Shown here: piece by piece, positions 17,341 to 25,279 of the stretch | How the letters are laid out: every line of letters begins with the position of its first letter | Numbering within the stretch: the first letter of the stretch is position 1 | Assembly (NCBI GenBank): GCA_963704865.1 | Contig: CAVPIE010000002.1 | Coordinates: 654,989-718,988 of the forward strand | Direction of reading: 5' to 3' | Origin: an uncultured delta proteobacterium | GTDB taxonomy: Bacteria > Myxococcota_A > Polyangia > Polyangiales > Houyiibacteriaceae | Length of the DNA: 64,000 bases | The notes under the pieces: model-generated | The model's input: the letters and a program-made list of their open reading frames with translations, nothing else | Databases searched by the model: none | What the model was told of the DNA's origin: nothing | Position numbers and translations under genes: made by a program

Positions 17341-19095
17341 TTGACTCAAGCCGTCGCCCAAAACCAAGGCTCCGCCGCCATCCCCGAAGCCGAGCATCGG
17401 ATCGAGCCTACGTCGCAGTCCAAGCTCGACGAAGCGCTCGCGATCCTCGAGGACCACAAGAACGAGTGGGTGGCGCTCGACATCGACGAACGCATCGAGC
17501 TGCTGGAGCACGTTCGCGAACGAGCGGTCGAGGTTGCCGAGCGCTGGGTTGCGGCATCGGTGGAAGCCAAGGGCATGAGGTTCGGCGGAGCCGAAGAGGG
17601 CGAGGAGTGGCTGGTGGGTCCTTCCGCGGTCGTGAAGAACATCACCCTCCTCATTGCATCGCTCCGTGACATCCAAGAGCGCGGGGTGCCGCAACTTCCG
17701 ACCGCAGCCTTTGCGCGGCCCGACGGGCAAGTGGTCGCTCCGGTGTTCCCGGCCGACGGGTTCGATGGTCTTCTCTTTCAGGGCTTCACCGCGGAGGTCT
17801 GGATGCAGCCAGGGGTCCGCCTCGAGGAGCTGAGCGAGAACCAGGCCTCGTTTTATCGGCAGAAGTCACCGAAAGGGAAGCTGGCCCTGGTCCTCGGGGC
17901 AGGAAACGTCTCCTCGATCGGGCCGATGGACACGCTCTACAAGCTCTTCGTCGAGGGGCAGGTCGTCTTGCTGAAGATGAATCCAGTCAACGAGTACCTC
18001 GGCCCGCTCATCGACGAAATGTTCGGGCCGCTCCGCGAGCGAGGCTTCTTTCGAGTCGTCTATGGGGGCGCCGCCGAGGGTGACTACCTCTGCCTGCACC
18101 ATCTAGTCCAAGACATCCACGTCACCGGTTCGGACAAGACCCACGACGCCATCGTCTTTGGCATCGGCGAGGAAGGCGCGCGCCGAAAGGCAGCCGATGA
18201 CGCGCGCAACCCCAAGCGACTCACCTGTGAGCTTGGCAATGTGAGCCCGATCATCATCGTGCCCGGCCCCTGGTCGCAGAAGGACCTCGAGTTCCACGGC
18301 GTGAACCTCGCATCCACCATCGTCAACAACGCGGGCTTCAACTGCACGGCAACGCGCGTGATCGTGCAGCACCAGAGCTGGAACCAGCGCGAAGCCCTGA
18401 TCGACGCGCTGCGAAGGGCGTTCAAAAAGGCTGCCGATCGGAAGCCGTACTACCCTGGCGCCAAAGAGCGCCAGAAGATGTTCCTGGAGCATCATCCGGA
18501 CGCCGAGCTGTTCGGCGCCAAGGGTGAGGGCCGGGTACCTTGGACGCTGATCCACCACCTCGACCCTAGCCACGCCGACGACATCTGCTTCAACACCGAA
18601 TCCTGGTGCGGGCAAACCAGCGAGGTTGCGCTCCCGGCCTCGTCGATCGTCGAATACATCGACGCGGCGGTGGAGTTCTGCAACGAGCGCGTTTGGGGCA
18701 CCCTTGCCTGCAGCATCATCGTCCACCCGAAGTCCCTCAAGGACCCGGCGGTTGCCGAGGCCGTCGAGCGCGCGATCGCCAAGCTCCGGTACGGAGCCAT
18801 CGCCATCAATCATTGGTCAGGGCTGATTTACGGCTTCGGGACGCCCACCTGGGGCGCATTTCCCGGGCACGACCGCAGCGACATTCGATCCGGACAAGGC
18901 GTCGTGCACAACACCTTCATGTTCGACCGGCCGCAGAAGTCGGTGCTCCGAGGCCCGTTCCGCGTGTTCCCGAGGCCGGCCTGGTTCGTCGACAACGATA
19001 GAGCCCTCGCGGTGGGCCCCAAGCTCACGTATTTCAACGCCGACCCGTCTTTGGCGAGGCTCCCCGGGCTCATCTGGGCCAGTGTGTTCGGCTAG
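17341..19095 (+). CDS. aldehyde dehydrogenase family protein
   Basis: 584 aa. GAGNVSSIGP, ELGNVSP and FNCTATR (catalytic Cys) motifs. TTG start as given in the ORF track. Confidence 0.85.
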   Translation: MTQAVAQNQGSAAIPEAEHRIEPTSQSKLDEALAILEDHKNEWVALDIDERIELLEHVRERAVEVAERWVAASVEAKGMRFGGAEEGEEWLVGPSAVVKNITLLIASLRDIQERGVPQLPTAAFARPDGQVVAPVFPADGFDGLLFQGFTAEVWMQPGVRLEELSENQASFYRQKSPKGKLALVLGAGNVSSIGPMDTLYKLFVEGQVVLLKMNPVNEYLGPLIDEMFGPLRERGFFRVVYGGAAEGDYLCLHHLVQDIHVTGSDKTHDAIVFGIGEEGARRKAADDARNPKRLTCELGNVSPIIIVPGPWSQKDLEFHGVNLASTIVNNAGFNCTATRVIVQHQSWNQREALIDALRRAFKKAADRKPYYPGAKERQKMFLEHHPDAELFGAKGEGRVPWTLIHHLDPSHADDICFNTESWCGQTSEVALPASSIVEYIDAAVEFCNERVWGTLACSIIVHPKSLKDPAVAEAVERAIAKLRYGAIAINHWSGLIYGFGTPTWGAFPGHDRSDIRSGQGVVHNTFMFDRPQKSVLRGPFRVFPRPAWFVDNDRALAVGPKLTYFNADPSLARLPGLIWASVFG

Positions 19096-19529
19096 CCGTC
19101 ACGACGGGCGAGCAGGGCCTCGTAGCTGCGCTCGGGTTCGGCCTCGCGTGCGACCTCCAGTCCCGCGGCGTGCCAGCCCGGTTCCTGGAGCTGGCCGAAT
19201 GCGTCACGCGCCCCTTCATGCCCGGCCCGCTGGTCGACGACATGCTCGAAGCCAGCGGCAAGCAAGGCAATGGCTGCCCTGAGCGAACGGTTCCCCGACC
19301 GGCAGCCGACCACCAGCTTGCTCTCTTTCGGGAACACCGCGGCGACGACCGACATGAAGTCCCCGTTGGGCCGCATGCCTGACGGCGTCGCGTGCAGCAG
19401 CGGGATGTTGTACGCCCCGACCACATGCCCATCATCGAACTCGGGAATCGAGCGAACGTCGAGGTACGCGTAGCCTTCGTCTTCGAGGAGCGCGGCGGCC
19501 TCGAGCGGTGAAACCCTCTTGACGGTCAT
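19092..19529 (-). CDS. rhodanese-like sulfurtransferase domain protein
   Basis: 145 aa. YLDVRSIPEFDDGHVVGAYNIP and active-site loop VVGCRSGNRS. Confidence 0.85.
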   Translation of the reverse strand: MTVKRVSPLEAAALLEDEGYAYLDVRSIPEFDDGHVVGAYNIPLLHATPSGMRPNGDFMSVVAAVFPKESKLVVGCRSGNRSLRAAIALLAAGFEHVVDQRAGHEGARDAFGQLQEPGWHAAGLEVAREAEPERSYEALLARRDG

Positions 19530-19572
19530 GATTTCCTTCTAGGGAACATCGACTTCGGAGCAAGTGGGCAGC

Positions 19573-20502
19573 TCAGCCGCGCGCGCCTTTGAGGAAGAGG
19601 TTCTCTAGCGACTCCCGCTCCGGGATCATCGCGTCGAGCCTGGCGCCGGCTGCGCCCGAGATTCGGAGGACCTCGTCGACCGCCTGCTGGCCCTCGACCT
19701 GCAGCGTGAGATGGCCGGCCCCGCCATCGACGATGGTCCCCCGTGACGCGAGCGAGTCCCTGAGCTTCTGTGAAGCGCTACTCAGTCGGATCTCGACGCG
19801 CCGACCGGCGGACTCCAGGAGGTCGTGCACCTGGCCTTCCGAAGTGATTTTGCCCTGCTGCATGATCACGACGCGGTCGCAGAGGAGCTCGACGTCGCTC
19901 AAAATGTGGCTCGTGAACAGGAGTGTCTTTCCGCGCTCGCGTTGTTCGAGCAGGAGGTCGCGCACCTCTTTGCGGCCGATCGGGTCGAGCCCGCTCATCG
20001 GCTCGTCGAGCACCAAGAGCTCTGGGTCGTGCAGGAGCGCCTGGGCGAGCCCGATGCGCTGCATCATCCCCTTCGAGAACTTGCCGATCGGTCGATCTGC
20101 GGCGTGCCGAAGCCCGACCTTGTCGATCATTTCTTCGGAGCGCGCGCGGCGTTCGCGCCTTTGGAGACCGACGAGCCGACCGCAGAGGTCCAGGAACTCG
20201 ATCGGCTTCAGGTATTGATACACGTACGGGTTTTCCGGCATGTATCCCACGCGCTTCGCTGCCTCACGGTCGCCGGACGGGCTCCCGAAAATTCGAATCT
20301 CGCCCTTCGTTGGAAAAATCAGGCGAAGAATCGACTTGATGGTGGTCGTCTTGCCCGCCCCATTGGGCCCAAGCAGGCCGAAAATCTCGCCGCGCTTCAC
20401 CGCGAAGCTCGTCCCGCGCACCGCATCCACGCGCTTGCGGAAAAAGCCGATGTGAAAGGTCTTGTAGAGGCCCTTCACCTCGAGCACCAAGTCGTCACTC
20501 AT
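19573..20502 (-). CDS. ABC transporter ATP-binding protein (ABC-2/NatA-like)
   Basis: Start taken at MSDDLVLEVKGL. Walker A GLLGPNGAGKTT, signature FSKGMMQR, Walker B LLVLDEPMSGLD. Overlaps the upstream stop by 8 nt. Confidence 0.9.
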   Translation of the reverse strand: MSDDLVLEVKGLYKTFHIGFFRKRVDAVRGTSFAVKRGEIFGLLGPNGAGKTTTIKSILRLIFPTKGEIRIFGSPSGDREAAKRVGYMPENPYVYQYLKPIEFLDLCGRLVGLQRRERRARSEEMIDKVGLRHAADRPIGKFSKGMMQRIGLAQALLHDPELLVLDEPMSGLDPIGRKEVRDLLLEQRERGKTLLFTSHILSDVELLCDRVVIMQQGKITSEGQVHDLLESAGRRVEIRLSSASQKLRDSLASRGTIVDGGAGHLTLQVEGQQAVDEVLRISGAAGARLDAMIPERESLENLFLKGARG

Positions 20503-21562
20503 CGAGCACTCCAAGAAGGGCACGGACGACGTCCTCGACGTCGCTGTTCCGCATCTGCGGATAAAGCGGAAGCGCAATGCCACGCGTGGCGATGTGCTCG
20601 GCCATCGGCAGCGATGCATCGCTCCCGGCAAAGCTGCCGAGCTTGTGAATCGCAAAAGAGAGAACGCCCGCTTCGATGCCCCGATCGCGGAGCTTTTCGC
20701 AAACCAACTTGCGAGCAAAGCCTTGCGGAAGCACGACTCCGAAGGTCTGGTAGTTGGACTCCGCGCCGTCAGGGGTTGTTTGAATGTCGAGCGCCCCGTC
20801 GAGCGCCTGCGTATAGAGCGCGGCCAGCTCACGCCTTCTTCCAAGAATCTCATTGAGCCGTTGAAGCTGCGCGAGCCCCAGCGCGGCGGCGATCTCGGTC
20901 ATGCGCGAGTTCCCGGCAGCGACGACGAACTCTCCGCCGAGCTGCCCGTGGTTGCGCAGCGTCCGCAGCTTGTCGGCGACGACGTCGTCGTCGGTGAGGC
21001 ACATGCCACCTTCGCCTGTCGTCAGGATCTTTCGCGGATGAAAGCTCAGGCACGACACGACGCCGAGGCTCCCGCATGGACCGCTGCCAAAGCGGCTCCC
21101 GAGCGCGCACGCCGCGTCTTCGATGATCGGCAGTGAACCCAGAGCCTCCCGAATCTCTTGGGCCCGTGCCGGGTTGCCAAACTGGTCGATTACGATGGCC
21201 GCCTTGGTGCTGCCACTCCGTGCTTCGCGGAGCGCCGCTGCGGTGCTGTTCCACTCGCCCTGATCGACATCGACGAACCGCACTTTTGCTCCGGCCAACC
21301 GGATTGCATGCGCCGGGCTCGGCCAGCTGAGCGCCGGGCATAGGACCTCGCCCCCGGAGCCAACTTGCAGCGCCTTGAGCGCGAGCTGGAGCGCGGAGGT
21401 GCCACTCGACACGGCGACCCCGTGCCGACGGCCGACGAGCGCGGCGATCGCCTGCTCGAAGCGCTCGACCAACGCGCCCTGAACGAGCTGTCCAGACTCC
21501 AAAACGGCGGCAACGGCGCGGCGTTCGTCCTCACCGATCCATGGTTTTGCTAGGCGAATCAA
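20495..21562 (-). CDS. DegT/DnrJ/EryC1/StrS family PLP-dependent aminotransferase
   Basis: AKPWIGEDERRAV, SSGTSALQLAL, SFHPRKILTTGEGG (PLP lysine). Confidence 0.9.
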   Translation of the reverse strand: MIRLAKPWIGEDERRAVAAVLESGQLVQGALVERFEQAIAALVGRRHGVAVSSGTSALQLALKALQVGSGGEVLCPALSWPSPAHAIRLAGAKVRFVDVDQGEWNSTAAALREARSGSTKAAIVIDQFGNPARAQEIREALGSLPIIEDAACALGSRFGSGPCGSLGVVSCLSFHPRKILTTGEGGMCLTDDDVVADKLRTLRNHGQLGGEFVVAAGNSRMTEIAAALGLAQLQRLNEILGRRRELAALYTQALDGALDIQTTPDGAESNYQTFGVVLPQGFARKLVCEKLRDRGIEAGVLSFAIHKLGSFAGSDASLPMAEHIATRGIALPLYPQMRNSDVEDVVRALLGVLDE

Positions 21563-21639
21563 GGTCTGGGCATCTTACCAAATCGGTCGCCCAAACGACC
21601 AGATTGCGGGGCCCGGCCGGCGGTCGCACCCTGGGAGGC

Positions 21640-21948
21640 GTGGAACTCGCGCTTCAGCTCGACGCCCTGGAACGAGCTTTGACGCGCTTGGGGATACGCT
21701 TCCTCGAAGAAGAGCTCCCCGAGGAGGCCCATGTCGACGGAGGTCTCTGCCGGGTCCAGGGGGAAATGCTGCTCTACGTGTCTCCTAGCGCCCCACCCTG
21801 GCGCCGGGCCGAGGTGCTCCTCGACGCGCTCCGCCGCCTGCCCCATCAGGAGATCTGGCTTCCCCCGGAGATCCGCCGGCTACTGCCAAGCGATGAGATC
21901 TGCGACAACACGCTTCGGCTGTTACGCTTGAAGGACGAGGAGTCATAG
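21640..21948 (+). CDS. hypothetical small protein translationally coupled to the patatin gene
   Basis: GC3-rich frame ending at TAG 21946-21948, which overlaps the patatin GTG (TAGTG). Start uncertain: ORF-track ATG 21541 would overlap the divergent DegT start, so GTG 21640 is used. Confidence 0.45.
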   Translation: MELALQLDALERALTRLGIRFLEEELPEEAHVDGGLCRVQGEMLLYVSPSAPPWRRAEVLLDALRRLPHQEIWLPPEIRRLLPSDEICDNTLRLLRLKDEES

Positions 21949-23195
21949 TGAGCGGTCTTGGCTTGATACTTTCGGGGGGTGGCGCGCGAGGAGCGTACGA
22001 GGTCGGGGTTCTCCAATACATCTTCAGCGAGTTCCTCGACTCGAAGGGGCAAGGACCCAAGGTCGACCTGATCTCCGGTACCAGCGTCGGCGCTGTCAAC
22101 GGCGCCTTTGTCGCCTCGGCCATCGGCGATGTGCCCGCCGGGGTGAAGCAGCTCGTTTCCATTTGGACCGGACTCGAGCTGCCCCACGTGCTTGGTTTTG
22201 GTCTGCGTCAGGCTGCAGGCCTCTATCGCGTGCTTCTTGGCGGCTCCGCGCAGGCGCGCGGCGTCTTCGACCCGGCCCCGCTCTCGGCGCTGGTAGGCCG
22301 AAACGTTCGCTGGCGGCGGCTCAGGCAGAACATTCGAAGTGGCGCCCTTCGAGCGCTCACGGTGAGCACTACCCACGTGGGCACCGGGCAGCCGGTGATT
22401 TTCGTCGATGCGGCTCCGGGCATTGGAATTCCAGACAGCCTGGGCCTTCATGCGCTGGTGCGCCGGGCCCGGATCGGGCAGCACCACGTCCTCGCTTCCG
22501 CAGCGATTCCACTCATCTTTCCGCCCGTCGAAATCGGCGACGAGATCCATTGCGACGGTGGCCTTCGCCTCAACACGCCGATGGGCCCGTCGGTGCATCT
22601 CGGCATGAACCGCTTGCTCGTCATTGGGCTCTCGACGCCGCACTCGCCCGACCGGCGGGCCGTAAAAGACGGCAAGTACCCGGGCGCGACGTTCATGCTC
22701 GGAAAGGTGCTCAACGCCTTTCTTCTCGACCACGTGAATACCGACCTCCTCGAAGTCCAGCGTATCAACGACTTCCTTCGGGATGGCGTCCGCGCCTACG
22801 GTCCGGAGTTCCTCGATCGCATCAACGAAGCCGCCAAAGCGCGTGGCGCTCTGGCGAAGCGCCGCCTGCTCAGCTCCTTGGTTCTTCGACCGACCGTCGA
22901 CATTGGACAAGTCGCTTCGGAGTACCTCGCCTCCAACCGAGTACGCTTTGGCAAGAGCCTCGGGCGCGCGTTCATCAGCATGCTGGATGTCGGCGCCGGA
23001 GCCGAAGCCGACTTGGCCAGCTACCTCCTGTTCGACGGGGGATTTGCGCAGACCCTCATCGAGATGGGCCGGCGCGATGCCCACGCCAAGCGAGACGAAA
23101 TCGAGGCCTTTCTCTTCGAGGATCCGGATTCCATCTTGTCCCCGGCGCCGACTGTGGGATCGAGGGCACATTCAGCTTCCAAGCCCCCGGAATAG
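21948..23195 (+). CDS. patatin-like phospholipase
   Basis: Oxyanion GGGARG, nucleophile elbow GTSVG (GxSxG), catalytic Asp in HCDGG. Confidence 0.9.
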   Translation: MSGLGLILSGGGARGAYEVGVLQYIFSEFLDSKGQGPKVDLISGTSVGAVNGAFVASAIGDVPAGVKQLVSIWTGLELPHVLGFGLRQAAGLYRVLLGGSAQARGVFDPAPLSALVGRNVRWRRLRQNIRSGALRALTVSTTHVGTGQPVIFVDAAPGIGIPDSLGLHALVRRARIGQHHVLASAAIPLIFPPVEIGDEIHCDGGLRLNTPMGPSVHLGMNRLLVIGLSTPHSPDRRAVKDGKYPGATFMLGKVLNAFLLDHVNTDLLEVQRINDFLRDGVRAYGPEFLDRINEAAKARGALAKRRLLSSLVLRPTVDIGQVASEYLASNRVRFGKSLGRAFISMLDVGAGAEADLASYLLFDGGFAQTLIEMGRRDAHAKRDEIEAFLFEDPDSILSPAPTVGSRAHSASKPPE

Positions 23196-23305
23196 CGGGC
23201 GGTTTGGGCAATCGGAGCACTGTGGACAAAAAGTGGAACCCTGACGCAAAGGTCAGTGCTATTGTAATATTTTACCCACAACGTTGGGTGTGGTAGGCTC
23301 GAACA

Positions 23306-24271
23306 GTGGCTCAACCAAGCGTCGCGCACATCTCTGAGAACGCGACCCAACTGTCTCAGCGCCTCGTCCAGAACATTGCGCTGGTCGTTCGGGGCAAAGA
23401 AGAGGTCATCAAGCTGGCGGTCGTCTCGCTTTTGGCGCGTGGGCACCTGCTGCTCGAGGACGTCCCTGGTGTCGGAAAGACGACCTTGGCGCGGGCTCTT
23501 GCGGCGTCGGTCGGTGTGACGTTTCGACGCCTTCAATGCACCTCCGATCTCATGCCGACCGATGTCCTCGGCGGCAACGTGTTCAACCAATCCAAGAGCA
23601 CCTTCGAATTTCGGCCCGGCCCGATTTTCACGCAGGTTCTCCTCGCCGACGAGGTGAACCGAACGACGCCCAAAACGCAAAGTGCGCTTCTCGAAGCGAT
23701 GGACGAACGGCAGGTGTCGATCGACGGAGAGACCCACAACCTCGAAGAACCTTTCTTCGTGGTCGCGACGCAGAACCCGCAGGAGTTCTACGGTACGTAC
23801 CCGTTGCCGGAGTCGCAGCTCGACCGCTTTCTCGTGCGGCTCAGCGTTGGCTATCCGCCGCCTGGCGTCGAACGAGAGGTGCTCACTCGTCGTGGCGCGG
23901 ACCCGGTCGAACAGCTCAACTCGACGATGAGCGCAAACGAGCTTCGGCACGTTCAGCAGGCGGTCGACTCGGTGCGCGTCGACGACGCGGTTCTCGATTA
24001 CCTGCATCGAATCGTCATCGCGACGCGAAATACGCCGCTCTTGTCGGTCGGTGTGTCCACCCGAGGGGCGCTCGGTTTCGAGCGCGCGGCGCGGGCGAGG
24101 GCGCTGGTCGAAGGGCGCTCCTTCGTGCTGCCCGACGACGTCAAGGTGCTCGCGGGCCCCGTCTTGGCCCACCGTGTGAAGGTCAGCGGCGGCATGGGCG
24201 GAGCCGCGGTTCGCGACGATGCACAGCGCGTGATTCGCGAGCTCCTCACCGTCGTCTCTGTGCCTCTCTGA
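23306..24271 (+). CDS. MoxR-family AAA+ ATPase
   Basis: LLEDVPGVGKTTLARALA (Walker A), LLADEVNRTTPKTQSALLEAM (Walker B region), ATQNPQE. Confidence 0.9.
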   Translation: MAQPSVAHISENATQLSQRLVQNIALVVRGKEEVIKLAVVSLLARGHLLLEDVPGVGKTTLARALAASVGVTFRRLQCTSDLMPTDVLGGNVFNQSKSTFEFRPGPIFTQVLLADEVNRTTPKTQSALLEAMDERQVSIDGETHNLEEPFFVVATQNPQEFYGTYPLPESQLDRFLVRLSVGYPPPGVEREVLTRRGADPVEQLNSTMSANELRHVQQAVDSVRVDDAVLDYLHRIVIATRNTPLLSVGVSTRGALGFERAARARALVEGRSFVLPDDVKVLAGPVLAHRVKVSGGMGGAAVRDDAQRVIRELLTVVSVPL

Positions 24272-24283
24272 TCGGGCCGGTCG

Positions 24284-25279
24284 ATGCGGATCTTTCGGCG
24301 AAAGCGGAGCAGGCGGAAGTTTCGACTGACGCGGGAGGGGCGGGCGTTCCTCTTCGTCACCGTCGGTGTCGGTCTCGCTGCGGTCAACACGGCGAACAAT
24401 CTCCTCTACCTGGTGCTCGGCTTGCTTCTTAGCCTGCTCCTGGTGAGCGGCGTCCTGAGCGACCTCGCGCTCTGGAAGCTCCAACTCAAGCGCAACCTCC
24501 CCGCTCGACTCTTCGCCGGGCGGCGCTCGCTCATCGACGTCGCCTTGCTCAACGAGAAGCGCTGGCTCCCGAGCGTCTCGGTCGAAGCGATCGACGAGAT
24601 CGATGGCGTAGACACGGAGGCCGCGCGTTTCGTGCGCGTCGGGCCCGGAAAGACGGAGATCGGGAGCTATCGCTTCGAGTCGCCGCGACGGGGGCTTTTC
24701 GAGCTCGGCACCGTGCGGGTGCTCACGCGCTATCCATTCGGCCTCATCGAAAAAGGCTACACCATCTTCCTGCCCGACGAGTTCGTCGTCTATCCGCAGC
24801 TGCTCGAGCACGTTGCCGCGCCTGCCCTTCGCCCGATGCAGGGGGACGCTGCGCCGATTCACCAGACCGGACGCGGAAGCGAGTTCGCGGGCAGCGTGCG
24901 CTTCTACCGTGAGGGCGATGAAGCGCGAGACATCCACTGGAAGCGAACCGCAAGCCGCGGCGAGCTCGTCGTTCGCGAACACGAGCAAGACTCGAGCGCG
25001 CTGGTCACGCTCACCGTCGACAACCTGATTCCCTCCAGCCTCGACGACGAAGCCGCATGGCAAGAGCGGTTTGAAACGTCGATTTCCGAGGTCGCAACCC
25101 TGGCTTCCGTCTATCTGGCGCAGGGCATTTCCGTGCAGGTTCAGTCGAGCAGCAGCGTCTCGCCACTGGTGCCTGGCGGCACTCCGCCCGACCCCATCTG
25201 GCACTTTCTCGCGCTCCTTGCGCCCGCCCGCGCCGATACCTCCCGCCGCAACTCAAAACGCAAGAGGCGCGCGGCATGA
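24284..25279 (+). CDS. DUF58 domain protein (MoxR partner)
   Basis: Two N-terminal TM helices. VRFYREGDEARDIHWKRTA motif is typical of DUF58. Sits 12 nt after the MoxR gene. Confidence 0.85.
   Translation: MRIFRRKRSRRKFRLTREGRAFLFVTVGVGLAAVNTANNLLYLVLGLLLSLLLVSGVLSDLALWKLQLKRNLPARLFAGRRSLIDVALLNEKRWLPSVSVEAIDEIDGVDTEAARFVRVGPGKTEIGSYRFESPRRGLFELGTVRVLTRYPFGLIEKGYTIFLPDEFVVYPQLLEHVAAPALRPMQGDAAPIHQTGRGSEFAGSVRFYREGDEARDIHWKRTASRGELVVREHEQDSSALVTLTVDNLIPSSLDDEAAWQERFETSISEVATLASVYLAQGISVQVQSSSSVSPLVPGGTPPDPIWHFLALLAPARADTSRRNSKRKRRAA

Noticed and set aside
21948-23195. Patatin phospholipase as a CBASS or other anti-phage effector.
   Set aside because: No cyclase (CD-NTase), SMODS, TIR, STING or other defence-associated gene is adjacent. 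The neighbours are a sugar aminotransferase and MoxR cassette genes.
23021-25204. 727-aa minus-strand ORF covering the MoxR and DUF58 genes.
   Set aside because: It is antisense to two genes with unmistakable family motifs. Its composition is low-complexity Arg/Asp/Glu-rich and it has no start-site support.
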